Origin: Blastocladiella emersonii ATCC 22665
Taxonomy: Eukaryota > Fungi > Blastocladiomycota
DNA length: 64,000 nt
NCBI GenBank assembly: GCA_025594325.1
Contig: JANHCV010000001.1
Location: forward strand, 3,968,001 to 4,032,000
Reading direction: 5' to 3'
Made by a program: the position numbers and the translations under genes. Positions 32,470 to 44,807 of the stretch are shown here, one piece after another. The notes beneath the pieces were generated by a model that was given only the letters and a program-made list of their open reading frames with translations, had not been told where the DNA came from and searched no databases. Numbering within the stretch: position 1 is the first letter of the stretch; each line of letters starts with the position of its first letter.

Positions 32470-35400
32470 CTACACGGGCAGCGGCAGATTGTTGATGTGC
32501 GCGAGTGTCGTGACGCCCGCGGCGGCCGCGTCGCGGAACCACCGCTGCGCCGCCTCGCCGTCACGCTCGGCACCGACGCCGTCGCGCAGGCACATGGCGG
32601 CCTTGAACATGGCGGGCGGGTACCCGAGCTCGGCCGCGTCGAGGAAGAACTGGTACGCCGACTCGCGCTCCGCGGCCGACGCAGACCGCTCGTAGTGGTT
32701 GCCGAGCAGGAAGCACGCGTGCAGGGCGTACACGTTGCGCGACGCGAGCGCCACCAGGTCCTGCGTCTCCTTGGACTCGTCATTCCCGCCACCGCCCGCG
32801 ACGACCATCTGGACGGCCGTCGCGACGTCGGCCGCGGCGCGCTTGAGCCACAGCAGCGACGACGCCTCGTTGGGTTTCTGCCGGAGGAGCCCGCGCGAGT
32901 AGACGAACCCGAGCTTGAGGGCCGCCGCCGTGACGCCCGCGGCGGCCGCGGTGCGGTACAGCGTGAGCGCCTTGGCCTCGTTGACGCGGGTGCCGTGGCC
33001 GAGCTCGAACATGAGCCCGCGGTAGTACGTCGACGGCGCGTGCCCGGCCTTGCTGGCCTTGGTGTAGTACGCGAACGCCTTGTCGAGGTTGCGCTGCGAC
33101 CCGAACGCGCCCTTGCGGAACAGCTCGGCGAGGAAGAACTGCGCCTCCGGGTACCCGTGCCGGTACGCGCCGGGCGTGCCGCTGTCGGCCATCTTCTTGA
33201 GGATCGCCAGCGCCTCGTCGTACATGCGGTGCTTCTGGTCGGCCGACCGATCGGGCAGCCGCGCCGCCTCGCGCAGGAGCCACTTGGCAAACTCGGTCTG
33301 CGCCTGCGCATCGTTCTTCTTGACCGCGTCGCGCCGCTGGTCTACCTCGATCAGCGTCACCAGCGGCTCCGACGGCGGCGTCTTGGGCCGCGATGGAGGC
33401 GCGGTCGAGGGCGCGGACGCGGGGGCCGACGGCGTGCTGAGCCCGCCAACGAGCGACGACGTGGCGGAGCTACCCGGCTGCTGCTGCGGCTGCATACCGG
33501 GGCCGAGGGCGGGCGAGATCGAGTTCACGGACGGCGCCTGCTGCATCATCATCTGCTGCTGCGGGTGCTGGTGGTGCTGAGGCTGAGGAGGCACCGCCGG
33601 GCTCGCCACGGGCGTGCCCTGCATCGGGGGCTGCGAGTAGACAGCGTGCGCCTGCTGGTGCTGCTGCAGCTGCTGCATCACGGGCACGTACTGCGGGCGC
33701 GGCGCAAACTGCTGCTGCTGCTGGGCGAACTGCTGCTGCTGCGGGTACACGGGCTGCATGCCGTGGTGGACCTGCATCGGCATGGGCTGCTGCGGCTGGA
33801 CGAGCATGATCTGGCCCGTCTGCGGGTTGTACACGGACATGGGCCGCTGCGGCTGCATCATGCCCTGGCGCTGCTGCTGCTCGGCGAGCCGCTGGCGTTC
33901 CTCGGCCTCGCGAGCCTCGGCCTCGCGCTCCTCGCGCGACTTGGCGAACTTGATCAGCACGGGCCCGTCCTCCTCCTCGGCAGCGGGCGTCGGCGGCGCG
34001 GGAGCCGGCGCGGGCCGCGGCGCCATCCCGTAAAAAGCCTGCGGCGCGGGCTGCGGGCGCACAAACACCTGCTGCCCGTTGACCATCATGATCTGGCCCT
34101 GCGGCTGCGGCGCGCCGGGTGGCGCACCGCCGACGAACACGGGCCGGATGAGCACTGGCTGGCCGTTCTGGTACACGACCTGCGGTTGCGGGTGCTGGCC
34201 GGGGAACACGGTGCCGGGAGCGACGGGGACCGGCGGCTGGCCGGGCCGCACCATCATGACCTGCGGCTGCGGCTGCGCGGCGCCGGGCACCATGGCGACG
34301 GGGACCGGCGGGCCGCCGCCGGCGGGGCGGATCATCATGATCGGTCGCGGCTGCCCCGGCTGCTGCTGGATCGGGACGGGCACGCCGTTCGGGCCCATGA
34401 CAAACTGCGGCTGCTGCGGCTGCTGCTGCGGGAACGCGAGCGGGACGCCGCCGGGCCCGACGACAACGGGGCGGACCATGATCGGCGCGCCAGTGCCACC
34501 GGCGCCGACGGGCGAGCCCGTGTTCGGAACGTACATGGACTGCACGCGCGGGCCGACGGCGATCGGCGACGGCGGCGCACTCCCGCCGGGACCCATCATC
34601 ATGGACATGCGCGCCGACGACGAGCGCGGCGGGTGGCGCGCCATGCCGACAACGGGCGAGTCGGGGACCGCGGGCGACACGCTCGCGGTGCGCGGCGGAC
34701 CCGTGACGGTCGGCGACGGCGTCAGGTTCGCGGGCGAGGTGACGGTCGGCATGGCGAGCGCGGGGGCGCCGGGTTGCGGGGCCGTCTGGATGGGCGGAGG
34801 GACGTGGATTTGTGGCACGCCGGGAGCGGGAGGCTAGAGGTGGAAGTGCGGTGGTGAGCGGTGGTGGGCGGTGCTCCGATCGAAGGGCCAGTAGAGAGCG
34901 CGAGCGTACCATGGAACCCTGCGACTGGGCGCGGGACATGGACATGCCGATCGGCGCATTCGACAGGTGGGCGGGGCGGAAAGCCCGGATCTGCGGCGCG
35001 TGCTGCGCGACCGCGGCGGCCGCCTCGGGCGCCGCCGGGGGCAGCGGGCTCGGGAGCGGCGACGTCGGGCTGATGGGCGACGCGGCGTTCGTGTGGGCGG
35101 GCTCGGGCGACGCGAACAGGGCGGCGTGGCCGGGCACCGGCGACAGCATCGGTGGGGTCGCGGACACGCCCGGCGGCATACCGACCGACGACGGCAGGAT
35201 CAGGTCGTCGTCCTCGGCGTTGCCCGGGGTCCCGACGTGCACGACGGGCCCGTGGATCAGGTCGTTGAACTCGACCGACTGCGGGCCGAGCGTCGCCATG
35301 CCCTGGACGACGGGCGCGTCGTGGTGCTCGACCGGCGCGTCGGGGGCGGGCTCGGCCTGCAAGGGCGGCGCGGGCTCCGTCTCCTCGGCATCGTCCTCGT

Positions 35401-37426
35401 TGGGCGGGGCCTCGGGGAGGACGGGGAACTGCGACAACCGCTTGGCGCGGTCGGCGGGCGGCGCGAGCGCGTCGGCCGAGTCGTCGGTGGTGGTTGGGAC
35501 CGGCGGCAGTGGGAGCTCGCGATCCGTCGACGGCAGCGGCGGGAGGCCGCGTTCCACTGGCTGTACCTCGTGCGACTCCTCGGGAGCCGCCTCCGCCGGC
35601 TCCTCGGGTGCGGCAGCGGGAGCGAGCTCTTCGGTGGCGGCGACGGCCGTGGACGAGCTGGTGAGGATGCGCAGCATGTCGACGGCCTGCTGGAACACGG
35701 CGACCTGGCTGTCGTTGAGGCCCGACTTGTGCGGGATGACGGCAGCGGCGGCGGGTGCAGCGGGTTCAGGAACCGACTCGGCATCGTTTCCGTCGACGGC
35801 AGCAGCGACAGTATCGGGGGCATCTGCAGCGGCCGGCTCAAAGTCAACGTCCTCATCGGCCGAAGCGAGAGCAGGTTCCGCAGCGGCGACGTCGACAGGC
35901 TCGTCACCGGGCGCGTCCTCGACGGGAGCAGGAACAACAGCAGCGGCAGCGCTCGTCGGTGCCGAGACGAAGGGCGGCGACCCGAGGACCGACTCCTGGC
36001 GCTGCTCGAGGATATCGAGTGCGCGTCGGAACAGGGCCGACTCGTCGGACGAGGGGACGACGGCGACGGCGGGCGGCGACATGGGGTCGAACGCGAACGC
36101 AGCGGCGGCCGCGTCGTGCTCGGCCATGAGGGCGGCCTCAACGGGACCCGGCGCCGGCGCAGCGGAAGCACCATCAGCCTCGGGCTCATCGTCCATGTTC
36201 ATGGGCGCAGCGCGGACGAGCGGCGACTCGGGGTGGAAGATGGCGTGGTAGTCGGTGAGGACGCGGGACCGTGAGCGGTCGTGGATGCGCTCGAGCGTCG
36301 AGACGGCGGCGGGGCCGAGCGACGACAGCGAGTACTCGGACTCGGCGACGCTGACGCGGCGGTCGTAGCCCGCGCCGGTGTCGGCGGCGTCGCCGTGGAT
36401 CAGCGCGTGGACGGCCGGATTGGTCGCCGAGTCGGTGACGGGGACCGTGGTCGACGGTGAGAACGGGCCGGTCGACGCGATGGGCGTCACGGTCGCGGTT
36501 GCGTCCTCGGGCGCCGACAGCAGCGGGGTCTCGGCGGGCAGCGACAGCGCTGGCTCGGGCTCGGTCTCGTCGGCGATGGCGCCGACCGAGGAGACTTCCT
36601 CGGCGATGGATTCGACATCGTGGTGGGCCGCGTCCTCGAGGGTGGCGGCAGCGGCAGCCGGCCGGGTCGGCGAGCTGCTACGGCGGACGCTGTGCATGCG
36701 GCGCAGCGTATGGCGGCGCGCGAGGGCCTGGTCGAGGAGCGCGGTCGCGACGGCGACCGTCTCGGGGTCCTCGACGACCTGGTGGGCGTCCTCGTCGTCG
36801 TCGGCTTCGGTGGCGGTTGCCGCAGTGGTCGCCGCCGCGTCCGCCGCGTCCGTAGCAGCATCCGCAGCCTCGACGACGGCCTCGTCGATACCCGAAGGGG
36901 CAGGCGGATCGGCCGCTGCCACCGCAGCAGCTGCGTCGCCGTCATCGTCAGCCGGCCGCGCAACGGGCGCCGGGTTGGCCTCGGCGGCAGCATCGGTCGG
37001 GACGACGAGCGCGGCTGTCGACGAGGACGTGGACAGCGCGGGCGCGAGCGAGTGCGACGACTCGGACCCGGGCAGCGGCGGCAGGGCGCGGGTCAGGAGG
37101 GCGTCGACGATGGGGAGGTGCAGGACCCGCTCGACGGTCGGCACCGTGCCGGGCGTGGCGGGGTCGGTGGCGCCGGCGGCCATGAGGATCGTGGACGGCG
37201 TGACGGGGGCCCCAGCGGCAGCGTGCTGTTGTGGATGTTGCTGGTACATGGACAGGGTGGCGGCGCGCTGCGGGTACGGCAGCGTCGCGAAGTTGGTGGT
37301 GGTCGCGGTCGGCGAGGAGAGCGGGACGCCGGCCGTGTTGGAACGCCGTGGAGGGAGCGGCGGCGGCGGCGGGCGGGGGGCCGTGGCCGGCAGTGGCGGG
37401 AGCCCTTTCCCGGTGGCGTTCTCCAT
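32470..37426 (-). CDS. Large SEL1-repeat protein (Chs4/Skt5 chitin-synthase-activator-like) with a long disordered N-terminus
   Basis: C-terminal SEL1 repeats (YPEAQFFLAELF, AFAYYTKASKAGH, GYPPAMFKAAMCLRDGVG). Intron 34834-34909 joins two ORFs into about 1,600 aa. Confidence 0.8.
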
Positions 37427-37942
37427 GGCAGAGGGCGGTCGGGTGGTCGGTGGCGTTGATCGAGTCGGAAGTCGCAGCTACAGGCTGCAGGACGATCGGA
37501 TGCGCGAGCCGCTGCGGTGCGTCGAGGTGCGTCGGGCTGCGTTGCTTCCTGCAGGGGCTGCGTCTCCGCCGTGACCGTGAAAGTATTTCGTTGCTGGGGA
37601 GAGGAGGGAGGGAGGGTGAGGTCGGCACGAAGTCGGTGGGCCGTGTTCGCGCGCCACTAAATCGGGGCGTTGCGCCACCGCGTGTGCCAAGACCGCGCCC
37701 GCGAGGTTTCGAACCCCGAGCCTCCGGACCGGCCTTGCGCCACAGGCCAGAGCGTCACGTGAGCGACACGCTCCGGCGAACACGCGTGGCAACCGGCCGA
37801 GCTGGCGCAACGTCACCTCCCCGCTCTGAGCAACGCGTCGGTGCCGACCTTGTCGCAGTCGTCCCCGCCCTCGCCGACCCGACTCGATCGCGTCCTGAAA
37901 CCGCGCACCCCCTGCAACGCATCAACCACCCACGAAGCCGCC

Positions 37943-38891
37943 ATGTCCACACAGGCCGACGAGCGCCGCGTCAAGGCCCTCAACGACTACCGCAAGCGGC
38001 TGCTCGACCACCGCGCCGTCGAGGCCAAGCTCAAGGAGCTGCGCCTCGGCCTGCGCAACCTCGAGCGCGACTTCAACAAGACCGAGGACGACATCAAGGC
38101 CCTGCAGACCGTCGGCCAGATCATCGGCGAGGTGCTCAAGCAGCTCGACGAGGACAAGTTCATTGTCAAGGCCTCGTCGGGCCCGCGCTACGTCGTCGGC
38201 TGCCGCAACAAGGTCGACAAGGCCAAGCTCAAGCAGGGCGCCCGCGTCGCCCTCGACATGACCACCCTGACCATCATGCGCATCCTGCCGCGCGAGGTCG
38301 ACCCGCTCGTCTACAACATGTCGACCGAGGACCCCGGAGACGTGTCGTTTGCGGGTATCGGCGGCCTGTCCGACCAGATCCGCGAGCTGCGCGAGGTCAT
38401 CGAGCTGCCGCTCGTCAACCCCGAGCTGTTCCTGCGCGTCGGCATCAAGCCGCCCAAGGGCGTGCTGCTCTACGGGCCCCCGGGCACCGGAAAGACACTG
38501 GTGCGTTTTCTTTTCTACCGGCGTGTCCGCCAAGAGCGGGCGATCCCGGTGCAGTAACGCTGACAATTGTCTGATTTTGCGTTTAGCTGGCCCGCGCCGT
38601 GGCGTCGACGCTCGAGACGTCGTTCCTCAAGGTGGTGTCGTCGGCCATCGTCGACAAGTACATTGGCGAGTCGGCGCGCGTCATCCGCGAAATGTTCGGG
38701 TACGCCAAGGAGCACGAGCCGTGCATCATCTTCATGGACGAGATCGACGCCATCGGCGGCCGCCGCTTCTCCGAGGGCACGTCGGCCGACCGCGAGATCC
38801 AGCGCACGCTCATGGAGCTGCTCAACCAAATGGACGGCTTCGACTACCTCGGCAAGACCAAGATCATCATGGCCACCAACCGCCCCGACAC

Positions 38892-38922
<31 letters not shown>

Positions 38923-39210
38923 CTCGACCGCAAGATCGAGATCCCGCTGCCCAACGAGATTGGCCGCCTCGAGATCCTCAAGATCCACGCCGCCAAGATC
39001 AACAAGCACTCGGAGATCGACTACGAGGCCGTCGTCAAGCTCTCGGACGGATTCAACGGCGCCGACCTGCGCAACGTGTGCACCGAGGCCGGCATGTTCG
39101 CCATCCGCGACGAGCGCGACTACGTGGTCCAGGAGGACTTTATGAAGGCCGTGCGCAAGGTCTCGGACGCAAAGAAGCTCGAGACCAAGCTCGACTACGA
39201 CAAGGTCTAG
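37943..39210 (+). CDS. RPT4: 26S proteasome AAA-ATPase subunit Rpt4
   Basis: [20 protein letters not shown](L/LAR), [25 protein letters not shown]. Intron 38501-38586. Confidence 0.97.
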
Positions 39211-39281
39211 GGGTCTCGTTGTTGGTCGGATCTGTTCATGTCAACCGAAAATGCAGTGTGCAGCGGATATCTACTCCTCTT

Positions 39282-40223
39282 CTATTTGGTCTTGCTCCCG
39301 CGGGTGCTCTGCTGCCCCTGCGTGTGCAACCACTCGCGGATCCCCGTCGAGCTCAGCTTCTTGCCCATGTCGGCCTCCTCGGCGTTCGCGCTCGAGATGA
39401 CGGGGATCAGGTCGATGGCGATCGCCCCGAGCCCACGCTTCGCGCGTTCCTCGTTGACTACTCGCTCGGCAACGCGTCAGTCTCGGTTCTCGCCCCGAGT
39501 CCACGAAAACGTACTCTTGTGGCTGTTCGCCGCCGTCTCGACCGTCGCGACCAGCACCTCGAGCTCAGACATCGTCGCGGCGGGCCCAAACGCGTCCATG
39601 AGCGGGACGACCTCGACCACCACACCCGGCGCGAACCGCGCCACGAACCCTTGCACCGCGGCCTCGCGCGCCGCGTACGCCTGCATCTCGCTCGCGTACG
39701 CCTTCTTCGCCAGCAGCGCGTCCGCGACCAGCCCGCACACGAGCCGGCCGTTGGGCGCGACGCACAGCGCCGTCCGCGACAGGAGCTGCCGGTGGCCCGC
39801 GTGCAGGTGGTCAAAGGTCCCGCCGACGGCCGCGACAGCGTAGTGGTGCACGGGCAGGGCGAGAGGAGGGACGCGGTGCGCCGTCCACGGTTTCGCGCGC
39901 GGGACACCGCCGCCCTCACCGTCGAGCTGCCACACGAGCGACCACACGGCGGGCGGCGCGCTGAGGCCCAGCAGGTACACGTTGAGCGGGAGGTCCGGGC
40001 GGTCGGCGGTCGCAGCGGACAGGTGCACGTATGCGCGGCCGAGGTGTTGCGAGATGGCATCGAGCGACGCAGTTGCGGTCGCGGCGGCGGGTAGGGACAG
40101 GTACACGTTGATGGCGGACGGGAACCCGGTGTTCGCGGCGAGCGCGGCGCTCAGCAGGCGCGGCAGCACGGCGACGTCGGTTGCATGGAGTTGGAGCGGT
40201 CTCGGGGTGCCCTGCAGCTTCAT
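39282..40223 (-). CDS. CAB4: Phosphopantetheine adenylyltransferase-like (Cab4)
   Basis: GGTFDHLHAGH (HxGH), DAFGP, VETA, and after one intron NEERAKRGL and KLSSTGIR. Confidence 0.85.
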
Positions 40224-40368
40224 GGCGGGTCGCGGTCGAGAGTGAGGCGCAACGCGATGTTGGGCGGCATGGATACGGGCGAGCGAGCAACTAACGGTCC
40301 TATTACAACATACAGCCCCGGCTAACGCCGTCCAACCGGTGGACGCACGCACGGGACGGTGGCAGTGC

Positions 40369-41096
40369 TCAGAAGCCGACGGGATTCCGCAGTCCTGGCA
40401 GCTCGTCGCCCTCGCGGTCCTGCAGCTGGTCCTGCTGGGCCGCGACCCGCAACACGGACTTCTTGGACGACTCCTGCAGCTCGCCGACCATGAGCACCTC
40501 GTCGAGAATGTAGTACGCCTTGTGGAAGTTGAAGATGAGGTCGAGCTCGCACACCTACGCGATCAAGGGGGCTGGCGTGAGTGGACCGTTGGCGATGCGT
40601 CCCTCCTCATCCAAGAGACACACGTACGTTGCCAAAGTAGCGGTCGAGCACCTCGACGTAGCGGTGGATGACCTCGAGCGTCAGCAGCTCGTTCTCGGCC
40701 GCGTCGATGCCCGCCACGAAGAAGAGCGACGCGTAGCGCCGGTAGACGACCCGCGTGTCTGCACGGACGCAGGGATACGGGTGAGCTGACCGGAAACACT
40801 GCAGCAGACACGAGCAACGCACCCTTGTACTCGACCACGTTGCACATGCGCGACCGGCGCGACAGCACCAGCGACGTCACGTCCTTGATGATTTTCTGCT
40901 TCTCCTTGTTGCCCAGCGTCACGTACCACTTGCTCAGCCGGACCTTGCCCTGCCGCGAGACGAGGAACATGTATTCGAACTAGAACGACGGGCACGGGTG
41001 CGGTGCGCGCATTCCCCGGACGGGAGACGACGGCGCAGGGCGTCAGCGACCGCCGTGATGTAGCAAGACGTATGGTCATGGAGCACACACCGTCAT
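40369..41096 (-). CDS. APS1: AP-1 adaptor complex sigma subunit
   Basis: [54 protein letters not shown]. Multi-exon, with a probable 6-nt first coding exon (ATGACG, 41096-41091). Confidence 0.92.
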
Positions 41097-41472
41097 GGTG
41101 ATGGTAGCAGGTTGTCTGTCGCTGAAGAGTGTCGCGTTGGCAGTGGTGGCGGTCGCTCGCAGTCGGTTGGGCGGCGCGCGGGCAGCGACAGCAGCGTGTG
41201 GGCAAGCAAGAACTGTGGACTCGGACGACGGTTCAGCGCGCGTCTCCGATGGCGTCGATACGTTGCGAGAAGCCAGTTAAGTTGAAGGGGGCGGAGAGGG
41301 AGAGCGGGCGAGCGAGGAGAGTCGAGCGCCACGGCGCGGCAGGCGACCCGCGCTGGCCGGTCGTCGTCGCGAGCGACCACGAGTCGAGCCGCTCCTTCCC
41401 TCCCGCTGCCCCGACCGCAATCCCCACTTCCATGCATCTCACCAACGCGTAACTTGTCGCAAATCCGTCACC

Positions 41473-43376
41473 ATGGGCAAGTGGACCGACAAGCTGTACA
41501 TCACGCACTCGGAGTGGAGCAACAAGCACTCCGAGGGCGGCCTGTCGTTCGGCGGCGCGAGCGGCAGCAAGCCAAAGTCGCAGTTCCGCCGCCTGCCCTT
41601 CTTCAACTGCGCCCTGTCGCTGCAGCCGTTCGACGACCCCGTCGCAACGCGCGAGGGCCACGTCTTCGACCGCGCCAACATCCTGCAGTGGATCAAGGAG
41701 AATGCGAGCATCAACCCGGCCACGGGCAAGCCGCTCGCCGAGGCCGACCTTGTCCCGCTCAAGTTCCACAAGAACGCCGACGGCGCCTTCCACTGCCCCG
41801 TCACCTGCAAGGTCTTCACCGACTCGACCCACATCGTCGCCGTCGCCACCTCGGGCAACGTGTACGCGCACGAGGCCGTCCAGGAACTCAACGTCGCCCC
41901 CGGCAACTGGCGCGACCTCATCGACGACACCCCCTTCACGCGCCGCGACATCATCCACATCCAGGACCCGACCAACGTCGACCGCCAGAACCTCGACGCT
42001 TTCTGGTACCGCACCCACGACAAGGCGTTCGAGCGCCGCGGCGCCCCCGCCGAGTCCATCAACGCCACGGGGCTGGTCCAGCGCGTCCTCGACGAGGTCG
42101 CCACCACCACCTTTTCGAAAATCGACCCGACGGCGCCAGAACCCGCTTCATCCTCCTCGTCATCGTCGGCTGCTCCCGCCGTCAACGCCAAGTACCAGAG
42201 CGCGACGAAAAAGTCGACGGGCCGCACCGCCGCCTCCTTCACCTCCACCTCCATGGACGTGCGCACCGCCGCCGAGGCCGTGCTCGTCGACGACAACGAC
42301 TTCATGTACGACGAGTTCTGCACCGAGATCATCGACGCCCGCAAGGCCGCCGCCCAGCTCAAGAGCAAGGCCGCCAAGGCCAAGGTCGATCAGGGGCTCG
42401 GCTACGTCAAGCTCAAGACCAGTTTCGGCGACCTCAACATTGAGCTGTTCTGCGTCCTGGTACGGCTTTGCTTCTCGCTCGGCGCCTGTGTTGGATCGAG
42501 ACTGACAAGCGAGTGTAGGCGCCGCGGACGTGCCACAACTTTTTGCTCCTCGCCGCCAAGGGCTACTACAAGAACGTGCCGTTCCATCGGCTGATCCCGA
42601 AGTTCATGGTGCGATTTGCTCGTGACTGCCGCGTCCCAGTCGCGCCGTTGCTCACCCTTCCGCTTACGCAACGTTTAGATCCAGGGCGGCGACCCAACGG
42701 GCACGGGCCGCGGCGGCGAGTCGGCGTGGGGCGGCAACTTCAAGGACGAGATCCGCCCGAGCATGAAGCACAACGCGCGTGGCCTGCTCTCCATGGCCAA
42801 CCGCGGCAAGGATACCAACTCGTCGCAGTTGTACGTGTATCTCGCTCGTCATCGCGTCCGATCCGACTGCTCACTCCTTTTCACTGTTCGTTTAGCTTCA
42901 TCACCTTCGCTCCGACACCCCACCTCGACGGCAAGCACACCATCTTCGGCCGCGTCGTCGGCGGCCTCGACGTTCTTGACAAAATGGAGTCGGTCGCGAC
43001 CACCGCCCAGGACAAGCCCGTCGCGCCCATCACGATCCTGGACGCGCAGGTGTTCGTCGACCCGTTCGAGAAGTGGGCCGAGACCTACGCCAAGCGCCAG
43101 GCCGACGCCGCCGAGCAGAAGCTGTCGCGCGAGCAGCGCATTGCCAAGGAGGGGACGTGGCTCGGCGCGCCCGCTGCTGCGCCAACGAGCGCCGACGGAG
43201 CGAAACCCGTCATCGGCAAGTATATCAAGCAGAACGCGGCGGGCACGGCGGCAGGCAGTGGGTCCATGTTTGGCCCAACCAAGCGGACAGCGAGCGCCGC
43301 CGCGCTGCCGCCAGTTTCGGCCAGCAAGAAGGCCAAGACGCCGAGCGGGAGCGCCGGCGGGTTCGACAACTGGTAG
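41473..43376 (+). CDS. PPIL2: U-box/RING cyclophilin PPIL2 (Cyp60-like)
   Basis: [38 protein letters not shown], then a cyclophilin domain across introns ([38 protein letters not shown]). Confidence 0.9.
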
Positions 43377-43420
43377 GAATCGCGTAACCTGTAAATCATT
43401 ATATATATCATGTCTCAGCT

Positions 43421-44594
43421 CTAGCGATCGAACATGTGCGGCGGGATCTCGGTCCGCTTGAAGACCGGGACCGACACGGGCCCAGTCTCGCCGCGCGCGG
43501 AAAATTTCCACTCGCGCTTGACCATGGTGAGCGACGCGATCCCATTGCAGCCATACATGATGTCCCAGAACGAGATGTCGACGACGTACAGCTTGAGCGG
43601 GCCGCCTGCTTGGGCGTCGGACCAGCCGGCTTCTTCTTCTTGCGCGCCGCCTTCTTTGCGGCCGCAGATTTCGAGGGCTGGGTTGGCTGAGGCGTCACCT
43701 TGGCCTCGGGCACCTCCACGGCCGGTTCAGCCGTTACGTCGGCGTCGAGCGAAGTGGTCTCCTCCGTCGGCGGATCGGCAGCCAGCGGGGTGGTCGCCTG
43801 GGAGGCCGACTCGACGAGCTCCACTTGCGCATCATCATCAACCAAAGCCGGTGCCGACTCGACAGTGTCGACAATCTCGGATTCCGCCTCGGCCTGGACA
43901 GCCGCGTCAGCGGGAGCAACGGCATCGGCCTCGAGCTCGGCCGTTGCCTCGACCGTTTGCGGGTTCTCGGCAAGATAAGTAAGGCGGCAAAGCTCGGCGT
44001 ACGTCTCAGCGAGAGTCCAGCCGTCAGCGTCAAAGTCGGCGGGGAAGCGGTCGCGACCAACGGTATCAATAAAGAGGTTCGTCGCTTCGGCCTCGGGCAT
44101 GCGGAAAGCAGTCGGGATACTGAGGAGAGCTGCGCGGAAAGCAAGGTAAAACTCGGCGTCCGAGCGGCCGTCGGGGCAGAGCGAGAGCACAGGCGGAGAG
44201 TCGCAGCGTCGGCGGCGTGGCGCTCGTGCGGCGCGAAGGTTGCGACGAACAGCTCGCGGAGGTGTCCGTACTGCGCCGAACCAGCATCTTTGTCCAGACT
44301 GCGGAGCTCGTGCTTGACAACTGTGTCAAAGTCAGAGCTGTCGATCAGGCCGAGGATGCACTCGACGCGGTACGAGACGGGGATGCTGGCGAGCTCGAAA
44401 CTCGTCTCGACACGCTCAAGTCAACCGATGGGCGAGTGCGAAGTCGACGGATCGAAGCGAGGATTGTCACGGACAAAGCGCTCGACGGCATAGCCGTGGG
44501 CGAGGGCCGCAATCGCGGTCGAGTCCGCGCAGGCCGCGGCGAGCGCAATAGCCGGATCAGGGGCACCGTTGCCGGTAGTTACATGTATTTTCAT
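43421..44594 (-). pseudogene. Gag-pseudoprotease family copy C (disrupted)
   Basis: TGA at the conserved Trp (44421-44423), a frameshift near 44190, and a deletion near 43600 removing the first half of the protease region. Still ends [13 protein letters not shown]. Confidence 0.85.
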
Positions 44595-44807
44595 GGCGAG
44601 TGAGGGGTTTGAAAGCTTTATGGACGCAGGGATCAGCAACTGCTGCACGCGGCGAGCGGAAAGGCGCTCTCCGCCCTTGAGCGTCACGTTTGCGGCACGT
44701 CACGACTCGCAAACTGCCTCGCACATTTTCGGTACGCGTCGCTCACCCCACACGCGCAATATTAGTAAGTTCAACATGGAGACATGTAATCAAGAGGGTT
44801 GCAACTA

